Source of the DNA: Anaerolineales bacterium
Lineage (GTDB): Bacteria > Chloroflexota > Anaerolineae > Anaerolineales > UBA11579
Length of the DNA: 64,000 nucleotides
Direction of reading: 5' to 3'
NCBI GenBank assembly: GCA_026129305.1
Contig: JAHCII010000010.1
Span: 7,277-71,276 of the forward strand
The translations under genes and the position numbers were made by a program. The notes below the pieces were generated by a model. That model was not told the DNA's origin. It was given only the letters and a program-made list of their open reading frames with translations, and did not search any database. Shown here piece by piece: positions 44,874 to 53,234 of this stretch (position 1 is the first letter of the stretch; each line of letters begins with the position of its first letter).

Positions 44874-46328
44874 ATGAATCCAAGCCCCCTGCCTACCCAC
44901 AATTTCGTGCAATCCGCGTTGCACCGCTCCCTGCGCGCTTGGCAAAGTGCGCCGCGGCGGTCTCAAAGCTTGTTCAATACGCTGCTGTACTTTCGCGCCC
45001 CGGCGGCGGCCTTTGGGAAACCCAGCGTAGAACTGATCGAAGAGAATTTCGCCCGCCTGGAGGCGGTCATCACACAGGCCGCAGTGCAGCCCCGCCATGC
45101 TGAAGTATTGCAACGCCGCTTTAAAAGCGGAGACAGCACCCAGCAGATCGCTTTTGACTGGCACTGCAGCCCAGACCAGGTAAACCGCCTGCAGCGGGAA
45201 GCCATCCAGAACCTGGCGCTGTGGCTGCACAGCCAGGAGCAGGCCCTGCGCAACCGGGAACAAAGTCGCCTGCTGGCTAAGCTGCCCGCCAGCAGCTACA
45301 GCCTGCTGGTGGGCCGCCAACCCCAGGTGGACGAGCTGGTGAGCCTGCTAAAACAAACGGAGGGCCCGGGGGTGGTGGCCATCACCGGGCTGGGCGGGCT
45401 GGGCAAGACCGCCCTGGCCGACGCGGCCGTGCGCCAACTGATCGTCGATTGGGCGTTTGAGAACGTGGTTTGGCTGCGCATTCACGGGGATGAGGAGAAG
45501 GCTAGCTGGCAAGCCATTCAGGAGCGTCTGGCGCAACAGCTGCTGCCGAGCTATATGCCTGGCAGCCACTTCGAGGCCGAGCTGTTGCAGCGGCTGAAGC
45601 AGCATCCACACTTGGTGATCCTGGACAACCTGGAGGCGGAAGTGGCCCAGGACTGGCTGGGGGCATTGCAGGCTTTCTGCCATCCCAGCAAATTCTTGTT
45701 GACCCACCGTCGCCTGCCAGCTGCATTGCACGACGTGCGCGTCATTCAATTGGAAGAATTCTCCCAAGCTCAAGCGGAAGAATTCTTGCGAAATCACCTT
45801 CAACTGCGGGGAGTGACAGAAGCCAATCAAGAGGCCCAGCCATTGGCCGACATACTTGCCTACACAGGAGGCAATCCGCTGGCCTTAAAGTTAGTGGCCG
45901 GGCTGCTGCATTCGCTGAGTTTAGCCAGCGTCCTGGCCGCCCTGCGCAATGCCAGCTCTGACCGCACCGAGGCACTGTACAAGACGATCTACGAAATAGC
46001 CTGGGACACGTTGTCGCCCGCCGCGCGCAACCTGCTGCTGACCTTCGTATTGGTGGGCGAAGAAGGCGCCAGCCTGGCCCATTTGGAAGCCGTAGACGGC
46101 CTGAGCGAACGCCAACGCCATGATGCGCTGCAGCAGCTGACCGCGCTGTCTTTGTTGGAATTGCGCGGCGCCACGCGGCAACCACGCTATGGCGTGCACC
46201 GGCTCACTCAAACTTTTCTGCTGGCCTATCTGCGCAATGCGCCAAAAAAGGACCGCCAACAACAAAAAACGTCGGGCAGCGAACCTGCGCTTTTGGATTC
46301 GTACGCTCCAGGCAGATCCTGCCCATGA
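44874..46328 (+). CDS. STAND (NB-ARC) NTPase with N-terminal sigma70-region-4-like HTH
   Basis: HTH segment HAEVLQRRFKSGDSTQQIAFDWHCSPDQVNRLQREAIQNLA. Walker A GLGGLGKT, Walker B HLVILDNLE, GGNPLALKLVA motif. Start set at MNPSPLP, because the 5' part of the track ORF overlaps tatA antisense. Confidence 0.75.
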   Translation: MNPSPLPTHNFVQSALHRSLRAWQSAPRRSQSLFNTLLYFRAPAAAFGKPSVELIEENFARLEAVITQAAVQPRHAEVLQRRFKSGDSTQQIAFDWHCSPDQVNRLQREAIQNLALWLHSQEQALRNREQSRLLAKLPASSYSLLVGRQPQVDELVSLLKQTEGPGVVAITGLGGLGKTALADAAVRQLIVDWAFENVVWLRIHGDEEKASWQAIQERLAQQLLPSYMPGSHFEAELLQRLKQHPHLVILDNLEAEVAQDWLGALQAFCHPSKFLLTHRRLPAALHDVRVIQLEEFSQAQAEEFLRNHLQLRGVTEANQEAQPLADILAYTGGNPLALKLVAGLLHSLSLASVLAALRNASSDRTEALYKTIYEIAWDTLSPAARNLLLTFVLVGEEGASLAHLEAVDGLSERQRHDALQQLTALSLLELRGATRQPRYGVHRLTQTFLLAYLRNAPKKDRQQQKTSGSEPALLDSYAPGRSCP

Positions 46329-47217
46329 GATAGAAGAAGGCAACCTGGCTCGTGCCCTGCAAAGCGGCCTGGCATCCCCCGCGCTTTGGCCCGATTGCCT
46401 GGAGCTGCTGGGCAAGCTCTTCCCTCACCTACGCAGCAAGGCCGCTGCCGTGCGCTGGATCGAGTTCTACCAGCAAGCCATCCAGGCCAAGCCCAGCCAG
46501 GCCGCGCCACTCGCCCGCTTGCACAATCAGCTCGGCGCGTTGGCCTGGCTGGTGGAGGACTATCCGCGCGCCTCGGCTTCATTTGCAGAAGCGCTGAAAC
46601 TGGCAGCCCACCCGGGGCATCAGCAGACTGCTCTGGTGGGGATTTGCCTGTGCCACTGGGCAGAGGGGGAGCACAGCCAGGCCGCTCAGCAAGCCCAGGC
46701 AGCCCAAGACTTGGCGCCGGCTGACCCGCGGCTGCGGGCGCTACGAGGGCTGGTCTCATACTCGCGTGGACACTTCCGGGCGGCCGAAAAACATTTCACC
46801 CGAGCCTTGAGCCTGTTGGGGCGCGGGCGCTCCACTGCGCTGCACGTGCAACTGCGCATTCAACGCGGTCTGTGCCAGCAAATGGCGGGTCAGCTGTCCC
46901 AAGCGTTGAAACAATATGGCCTGGCGATGGACAGGTTGCAAAGCATGCCGGGCAACCAGCGAGAAAGCGCGCACCTGGAGCTGCTCCGCTCAGCGGCGTT
47001 TTTCCAATTGGACGACTTAGAGAATGGAAATGCTTGTTTGCAGCGGGCGCTGCGCTACGCGCCTTTGGTAGAGGAAACTTCCAGTCAAAGCTATTTCGTA
47101 AGCAGTCTGGGGCGGCTTTCATTGCAAGCGCTGCCCACCTCACGGCGCAAAGCCACGCACAAGCCGGAGATGGTGCTTAACCCACTCGGTCTGCTGCGAA
47201 TGGAAGACTTCGAATAA
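46237..47217 (+). CDS. TPR-repeat protein, probably the displaced C-terminal sensor part of the STAND gene
   Basis: The open frame overlaps the STAND ORF by 92-140 nt with no Shine-Dalgarno sequence. TPR-like helices run throughout. The start is uncertain. Confidence 0.6.
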   Translation: MRQKRTANNKKRRAANLRFWIRTLQADPAHEIEEGNLARALQSGLASPALWPDCLELLGKLFPHLRSKAAAVRWIEFYQQAIQAKPSQAAPLARLHNQLGALAWLVEDYPRASASFAEALKLAAHPGHQQTALVGICLCHWAEGEHSQAAQQAQAAQDLAPADPRLRALRGLVSYSRGHFRAAEKHFTRALSLLGRGRSTALHVQLRIQRGLCQQMAGQLSQALKQYGLAMDRLQSMPGNQRESAHLELLRSAAFFQLDDLENGNACLQRALRYAPLVEETSSQSYFVSSLGRLSLQALPTSRRKATHKPEMVLNPLGLLRMEDFE

Positions 47218-47246
47218 AAAAATCGCCGCTATTGGCGGCGATTTTC
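47216..47246. terminator. bidirectional intrinsic terminator between the TPR gene and the S1-domain gene
   Basis: A-run, stem ATCGCCGC / GCGGCGAT, T-run. The stem contains the last codons of the minus-strand gene. Confidence 0.8.
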
Positions 47247-47921
47247 TAGGGTGCGGCTGAGGATGTCGTCCATCACCGGCGACGGGGATTTTTTGGTCGC
47301 CACAGACTGCGGCGCGTCGCTGCGGTCTTCGCTGAGCGCCATCGCCTTGCGCAGGGCCACTTCCATGGCGGTCGGCGCTGGCTTCTGCGGCTCTTGTTCG
47401 GGCTCTTCTTCGATCACGGGTTCCGGATTGAGCGCTTTGATGCTCAGCTTGATCTGCTTCTTGCGGCGATCCACACCCAAGACTTTGACTTCAATTTCAT
47501 CGCCCACTTTAACCACGTCCTCTGGGCGGCGTACATAATCATGCGACATCTCGCTGACGTGCAGCAAGCCAGGGCGTTCCGCGCCCAGGTCCACAAAGGC
47601 GCCAAACTTCTCCATCTTGGAGACTTTGCCAGTCAGGATCATATCCTTCTTCAGCTCACGCCATTCCATGGCCAGGGGCTCGATCATGGTTAATTCGATA
47701 TGACCGTTAGCGGCATTAATCCGGCGCACCCAGACTTCCACCTGGTCGCCTTCTTTTAGCACCTCTTCCACTTTGCGCACGGGCTCCTTGCGCAACTGGG
47801 AAATCGGCACCACGCCCAGCTTGCCACCGCCAATGTCCACCACAGCCCCAGCCAGGGTGGTCTTCACCACCTTGCCGCTGATGCGATCTTTTTTTGTGAG
47901 TTGAGTTGAGGTGTCCGTCAT
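47229..47921 (-). CDS. S1 RNA-binding domain protein (two S1 domains)
   Basis: ISGKVVKTTLAGAVVDIGG.. and LTGKVSKMEKFGAFVDLGAERPGLLHVSEM. Start set at MTDTSTQ, which has a GGAG Shine-Dalgarno sequence. Confidence 0.85.
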   Translation of the reverse strand: MTDTSTQLTKKDRISGKVVKTTLAGAVVDIGGGKLGVVPISQLRKEPVRKVEEVLKEGDQVEVWVRRINAANGHIELTMIEPLAMEWRELKKDMILTGKVSKMEKFGAFVDLGAERPGLLHVSEMSHDYVRRPEDVVKVGDEIEVKVLGVDRRKKQIKLSIKALNPEPVIEEEPEQEPQKPAPTAMEVALRKAMALSEDRSDAPQSVATKKSPSPVMDDILSRTLENRRQ

Positions 47922-48003
47922 GGCAAACTCCAGCATTTATATTGTTACTGATTTCACAGTCAAAGATTGTACCCCCGCTAAGAGGACTTGTAAAGACGTG
48001 GCC

Positions 48004-49209
48004 CTACGAAATTCGAAAACGGCGTTCCAATAGTGCCACCAGACCAAACCCGGCCAAGATCATGGAGCCACTGATCGCATACATGTTCTGCACACCAACC
48101 TGGTCAATGAAAATACCCCAGACCAAGTTGCCCAGCCCATAGCCAATGCCGGACAGAGCGGCGTTGAACAACCCTTGCGCGGTGGCGCTCAGGCCCTTGG
48201 GGGCATTGCGAGCCATAAAATGCACGCCGGCAATCCACAACAGGGCAAAGGTTAGGCCGTGCAGCAATTGCAGCAGCAGAAGCACCCACAGCTGATCAGT
48301 AAAGGCATACAGCAGGTTGCGGCCGGCGCTAAGCAGCAGGCTGATGAAAAGCAGGCCGCGCGTGCCCAGATGGTTCAAGAGCCGCGCCGAATAAACCATG
48401 ATGGGCACTTCGGAGAGCATGGACAACAGCAAAGCGGCGCCCAGCAGGCTGGCCACGGGGATGGCCCAGCCAAACAGGGTGGCGCCGTCCTGTCCTAGTT
48501 GATTGAGCAACAGGGACAAATAACTGCCGTGGGCGGTTTGTCCGGCGGCGGCCAGGAAAGTGGCAAAGAGGAAGAGCAACAGGCGTCGGTCGCCAATCAG
48601 ACCGCGCAGATCCGTAAAGAAACTTTCCTTTTGCTGCTGGACGTCAAACTGCAAATGCCTGACCAGCAGCAGCGGCAGCACCAGGATGGCGCTGGCGAAC
48701 CAAAACATCCACACCAAACCGGTGTAGTTGAAGAGCCAGCCAAATAGCGGGCCGCCAATGCCCCAACCTGCCGTTCCCCAAAAGCGAATGGCCCCGTAAC
48801 GCTCCTTGAACTCGCCCAGCATGTGCATGGTGGCGCTGTCGGCCAGCGAGAGCAGGTGGGAAGTGAACAGCGCCAAGCCGACAAAGACCACCACCATCCA
48901 ATTGAATGAACTTACCAGAGGAGTGATCCCGTAAAGGAAGATGGCTGAAACGATGGCCACAACCAGCACGGTTTTATGCCGTTTGCTCGCATCCGCCAAC
49001 CCGCTCCAAAAGGGCGTGGAGAACATGCTGACAAAGGGGATGATGCTTAAGATCACGCCAATTTGGGAGCCGCTAAATCCAATCGAATCCAGATACAGGG
49101 CCAGATAGGGGATGACCGCAGAGAGCCCCAGAAATGTGAAGAAATACATGCTGGGTAAAAAACCGGTGCCCGGCAGGGCAACTGCTTCTTTATCGTTGCG
49201 CGTGCTCAA
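48004..49209 (-). CDS. MFS transporter (MFS_1_like/HcaT-type), paralogue 2
   Basis: 401-aa ORF with a TTG start and 12 TM segments. Motif FWSGLADASKRHK. Confidence 0.85.
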   Translation of the reverse strand: MSTRNDKEAVALPGTGFLPSMYFFTFLGLSAVIPYLALYLDSIGFSGSQIGVILSIIPFVSMFSTPFWSGLADASKRHKTVLVVAIVSAIFLYGITPLVSSFNWMVVVFVGLALFTSHLLSLADSATMHMLGEFKERYGAIRFWGTAGWGIGGPLFGWLFNYTGLVWMFWFASAILVLPLLLVRHLQFDVQQQKESFFTDLRGLIGDRRLLLFLFATFLAAAGQTAHGSYLSLLLNQLGQDGATLFGWAIPVASLLGAALLLSMLSEVPIMVYSARLLNHLGTRGLLFISLLLSAGRNLLYAFTDQLWVLLLLQLLHGLTFALLWIAGVHFMARNAPKGLSATAQGLFNAALSGIGYGLGNLVWGIFIDQVGVQNMYAISGSMILAGFGLVALLERRFRIS

Positions 49210-49222
49210 GGATCCTCAGCCT

Positions 49223-49255
49223 ACAAAGCAAAACCGGGGCACACATATGCCCCGG
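49223..49255 (-). terminator. intrinsic terminator between the two MFS genes
   Basis: Stem CCGGGGCA / TGCCCCGG with a 6-nt loop, followed on the minus strand by TTTTGCTTTG. Confidence 0.7.
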
Positions 49256-49302
49256 TGAGATGTATTCGTCAGTCTACCACGCGCCGCGTATCCTCAAGAT
49301 CT

Positions 49303-50514
49303 CTAGAAGATATGGTAGCGGCGATCCAGCAGCATCAGCAAGCCAAAGCCGGCCAGCACCACCAGCCCGCTGATGGCGAACATGCCCTGCACTCCGGCGG
49401 TATCCATCAGCACTCCACCAAACAAGTTGCCCGCCGCGTAGCCTACGCCCACCTGAGCGGTACTGAACAAGCCTTGGGCCGTGCTGCTCAATCCCTTGGG
49501 GGCATGCCGCGCCATAAAGCTGACCCCACCCACCCAGAGCAAAGCGTAGGTCAGGCCATGCAAGGCCTGCACCAGCAGAATAGGCCAGATCTCATCGCTC
49601 AGGGCGTACAGCAAATTTCGGCCGGCGATGATCAGCAAACTGATCACCACCAAGCCGCGCGTGCCCAAGCGGGCCAGCAGGCGTTCTGAATGGAACATGA
49701 CCGGCAGTTCCGAGATCACGCCAATCACCACCACAATGCCGATCAGCCTGGCGACTGGCAGGGTCCAGCCAAAAACCGCCGCATCGGGTCCGCTGAGTTC
49801 GTTGAGCAATAAGGACAAGTAATTGTTGTGGGTGCTTAGGCCGGTGGCTGCCAGCACAGTAGCCAGCAAGAACAATTGGATCGGCGCTTTGCTGATCAGC
49901 TCGCCCAGGTTTTTAAAGAAAGACACGCTTTGGCTCTGGGCCTGGTCAAATTGCATTTTGCCCGCCAGGCTCAGGGCAATCGCCAAAAAGCCGCTGCAAA
50001 TCCAGAACATCCAAACCAAGCCAGTGAAGTCGAACAGCCAGCCAAACAGCAAGCCGCCCAGGCCCCAGCCCACAGTGCCCCAAAAACGCACCTGCCCATA
50101 GCGGTCTTTGAAATTGCCCAGCATATGCATGGTGGCGCTATCCTGCATTGGCAGCAGATGGGAGCCGAAAAAGGCGAGCGCCGTGAAAATAGCCAGCAAG
50201 ACCACAAAGCTGCCCACGAAGGGCACCAGCGCATACAGCAGCATAGCCGACCCAATCGCACAGGCGTAAATAAGTGCGTGGCGTTTGCTGGCATCGGCCA
50301 GCCCGGTCCAGAATGGCGTGGCAAACAGGCCAATCACCGGCCCCACGCTGAGCACAAGGCCGATCTGGGAGCCGCTAAGCTGGGCCACATCGGACAAATA
50401 CAATGTCAAGTAAGGAACCACAGCCGATAGGGCCAGAAAAAGGAAAAAGTACATTGCCGAGAGAAGCGAATGCTTTGGCATGACAGTGGAATTTGCTGGA
50501 ACCTGTGTACTCAC
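49303..50514 (-). CDS. MFS transporter (MFS_1_like/HcaT-type), paralogue 1
   Basis: 403-aa ORF with a GTG start and 12 TM segments. Motif FWTGLADASKRHA. Collinear similarity to the neighbouring MFS gene. Confidence 0.85.
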   Translation of the reverse strand: MSTQVPANSTVMPKHSLLSAMYFFLFLALSAVVPYLTLYLSDVAQLSGSQIGLVLSVGPVIGLFATPFWTGLADASKRHALIYACAIGSAMLLYALVPFVGSFVVLLAIFTALAFFGSHLLPMQDSATMHMLGNFKDRYGQVRFWGTVGWGLGGLLFGWLFDFTGLVWMFWICSGFLAIALSLAGKMQFDQAQSQSVSFFKNLGELISKAPIQLFLLATVLAATGLSTHNNYLSLLLNELSGPDAAVFGWTLPVARLIGIVVVIGVISELPVMFHSERLLARLGTRGLVVISLLIIAGRNLLYALSDEIWPILLVQALHGLTYALLWVGGVSFMARHAPKGLSSTAQGLFSTAQVGVGYAAGNLFGGVLMDTAGVQGMFAISGLVVLAGFGLLMLLDRRYHIF

Positions 50515-50599
50515 GAAAGTTGTCCTTGGCCTTTAAAAAGAAAGCCCGCGACGCTTGCGCCGCCGGGATAAGCAACTGCTCAGTCTACCATGCTAGGTC

Positions 50600-51631
50600 T
50601 CAGCGCACGATGACGCGTGTGCCGTAACCGCGAGCTTCCTGCTGGCCGGGGCTGGCCTGCGGCGTCACCCAGCGGTACAGCCAGCGGGCCTCGTCCGGGC
50701 GCATATTCACGCAGCCCCGGCTCATCGGCGCGCCGTAGTTGTTGTGCCAGTACGAGCCGTGGATGGCATAGCCGCCCTCGGCAAAGAAGGCCGTCCAGGG
50801 CACGCCGGTCAGAAAGCGGTCACCCAGCGTGTCGGTCAGCCGGTTGTCGCCCATATATATGGAAGGCATTTTGGAGGCAATATTGAAGCTGCCTGTGGGG
50901 GTCTGGGTGGGCAGGCCGGCCGCACCCGTGTTGCGCACCCCGCTGGAGATAAAAGTCCGCAAAACCACCTGATTGCCTTCATAAGCGGTCAGGCTTTGCT
51001 GGGCCAGCGAGATCTCGATACGCTTGTCCGCGGCGGGCACATCCACCGAAAGAGGCGTCATGTCCTCGTCGGGGATGCTTTGCAGGTGCGTGGCCTGCGC
51101 ATAGTACTGCACGCCTGACCAGGACTCGGTGATCTGGTACCAGGGGCTGCCATCCGGTCCCTCAACGATGTCCGTGACCCAATGATTCGAGTCGTAATAC
51201 AGCCGGAAGCGGTTTTCGGGCTGCCAGCCTGCAGCCCGGGAATAGGTATAGGGCTGGGTAAAGGGCACGCTCAGCCGGCACAGCTGGCCGGTTTCCGGCA
51301 GGCTTTCCAGCACCGGGTTCAACACCTCTTGCACCGGCTGCAGGAAAGCGGCGTGCACATAGCCTTCTTCAATGCGATACCACAGGGGGTTGTAGGCCGG
51401 GCCGGCCAGAGGGCTGAGCTGATAGTGAAACTCCAGCAACTCATCCCGGAAGCGATAGCCCACTGTACGCGCATTCAGCAGCGGCACGTCAAACACCGAG
51501 ACCGACTCGTAGGCCACCCGCCCCAGCCCGGCGCCCAGGCGTGTCTGGCGGCCGCTGAACAAGGGTGGCGCCGCGGCACTTAGCGCCGCCAGGCCGCTCA
51601 ACTTGAGGAACTCGCGCCGGGAGAGAGACAT
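50600..51631 (-). CDS. L,D-transpeptidase (YkuD) with Tat signal peptide
   Basis: Twin-arginine signal SRREFLKLSGLAALSAAAP. Catalytic region IHGSYWHNNYGAPMSRGCVNM. Confidence 0.9.
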   Translation of the reverse strand: MSLSRREFLKLSGLAALSAAAPPLFSGRQTRLGAGLGRVAYESVSVFDVPLLNARTVGYRFRDELLEFHYQLSPLAGPAYNPLWYRIEEGYVHAAFLQPVQEVLNPVLESLPETGQLCRLSVPFTQPYTYSRAAGWQPENRFRLYYDSNHWVTDIVEGPDGSPWYQITESWSGVQYYAQATHLQSIPDEDMTPLSVDVPAADKRIEISLAQQSLTAYEGNQVVLRTFISSGVRNTGAAGLPTQTPTGSFNIASKMPSIYMGDNRLTDTLGDRFLTGVPWTAFFAEGGYAIHGSYWHNNYGAPMSRGCVNMRPDEARWLYRWVTPQASPGQQEARGYGTRVIVR

Positions 51632-51637
51632 GCGCTG

Positions 51638-51666
51638 ATTCTATCCGCCCGTTGCCCCGCCGCCAA
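51638..51666 (-). promoter_or_regulatory. promoter of the L,D-transpeptidase gene, leaderless geometry
   Basis: Minus strand reads TTGGCG, 17-nt spacer, TAGAAT, 6 nt, ATG (51631). Confidence 0.6.
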
Positions 51667-51670
51667 GCGT

Positions 51671-51699
51671 TTGACAAGACCGCCGCGCCCACCTACACT
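51671..51699 (+). promoter_or_regulatory. promoter of comM/yifB, leaderless geometry
   Basis: TTGACA, 17-nt spacer, TACACT, 6 nt, ATG (51706). Confidence 0.65.
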
Positions 51700-51705
51700 T
51701 GGCCC

Positions 51706-53232
51706 ATGCTCGCCAGGGTGCAATCCTGCGCCGTCATCGGCCTGGATGGGGTCATTGTCGAAGTCGAAGTAGATACCAGCCAGGGGTTGCCAAAAGTGAT
51801 CGTGGTAGGTTTGCCCGACGCGGCTGTGCAAGAGAGCCGCGAGCGGGTGCAGTCCGCCATCAAGAATTCGCAGCTCAGCTTCCCGCGCAAGCACATCACC
51901 GTCAACCTGGCGCCGGCCTCTGTGCGCAAGGCCGGCCCGGTCTACGACCTGCCCATCGCCTTGGGCGTGCTGGCCGCCAGCGACCAGTTGCCCGGCAGCA
52001 GCCTGCAAGGCGCACTGATCCTGGGCGAACTCTCACTGGACGGGAGTGTGCGCCATGTACGCGGCGTGCTGCCCATGGCCGCCCTGGCCCGCGAGCGGGG
52101 TATCCGCCGCCTGTTCGTGCCGGCCGAAGACGCCGCTGAAGCCGCCCTGATCCCTGATATAGAAGTCTTTCCCGTGCGCCACCTCGCTGAGTTGGTCGGC
52201 CACCTCAATGGCTTGGCGCCCCTGGCTCCCTATCAACCCCAGGCGCCGGATGAAACCAGCGAAGAGCCCAGCTACACCGACCTGCAAGAGGTCAAAGGCC
52301 AGGAGCACACCAAGCGCGCCCTGGAAGTGGCGGCCGCGGGGAGGCACAACCTGCTGATGGTCGGTCCACCGGGCGCGGGCAAGACGCTGATGGCCCGCGC
52401 CCTGCCCGGCATTTTGCCGCGGCTGAGCGTGGAAGAAGCGCTGGACGTGACCCGCATCTACTCCGTCTCCGACCGGCTGCAGGCCAGCCGGCCGCTGATC
52501 CGGACGCGCCCCTACCGCGCCCCGCATCACACCATCTCGCACGCCGGCCTGGTGGGCGGCGGCACTTGGCCGCAGCCCGGCGAGATCTCGCTGGCGCACA
52601 GGGGCGTGCTCTTCCTCGATGAGATCGTGGAGTTCGCCCCGCGCGTGCTGGAGGTGCTGCGCCAGCCGCTGGAGGACAAGCAGGTCACCATCAGCCGGGC
52701 GCAGGGGGCGCTAACCTTTCCGGCCAGCTTCCAGCTGGTGGGCGCCATGAACCCCTGCCCGTGTGGTTACTATGGCGACCCGCTGCGCGCTTGCAGTTGC
52801 CCTGCCAGCACAGTCACCCGCTACCAAAAGCGACTTTCCGGCCCGCTGCTGGACCGCATCGACATCCATGTCGAAGTGCCGCGCGTCGACTATGAGAAGC
52901 TCAGCGAAGCCCGCCTGGGTGAACCGTCAGCCGTGGTGCGCCAGCGAGTCGAGGCCGCCCGCGGCCTGCAGGCGCAGCGCTTCGCCAAAAGCCGCGCCCT
53001 CCACAATGCCGATATGACCCTGGCCGACGTGCGCAAGTTTTGCCAGTTGGACGCCGAGGGCAGCAGTCTGATCAAAGCCGCCACCCAACAGATGCAGCTC
53101 ACCGCCCGCGCCTACCACCGCGTGCTCAAACTGTCCCGCACGATTGCCGACCTGGCAGGCGCCGCGCAGATCGCCCCGCAGCACCTGGCCGAAGCGCTGC
53201 AGTACCGGGCGCGCACGGTGGGCGTGGCGTAG
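51706..53232 (+). CDS. comM: Mg-chelatase-like ATPase YifB/ComM
   Basis: 508 aa from MLARVQSCAVIGLDG. Lon-like N-domain, Walker A GPPGAGKT, C-terminal ChlI-like domain. Confidence 0.92.
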   Translation: MLARVQSCAVIGLDGVIVEVEVDTSQGLPKVIVVGLPDAAVQESRERVQSAIKNSQLSFPRKHITVNLAPASVRKAGPVYDLPIALGVLAASDQLPGSSLQGALILGELSLDGSVRHVRGVLPMAALARERGIRRLFVPAEDAAEAALIPDIEVFPVRHLAELVGHLNGLAPLAPYQPQAPDETSEEPSYTDLQEVKGQEHTKRALEVAAAGRHNLLMVGPPGAGKTLMARALPGILPRLSVEEALDVTRIYSVSDRLQASRPLIRTRPYRAPHHTISHAGLVGGGTWPQPGEISLAHRGVLFLDEIVEFAPRVLEVLRQPLEDKQVTISRAQGALTFPASFQLVGAMNPCPCGYYGDPLRACSCPASTVTRYQKRLSGPLLDRIDIHVEVPRVDYEKLSEARLGEPSAVVRQRVEAARGLQAQRFAKSRALHNADMTLADVRKFCQLDAEGSSLIKAATQQMQLTARAYHRVLKLSRTIADLAGAAQIAPQHLAEALQYRARTVGVA

Positions 53233-53234
53233 TT

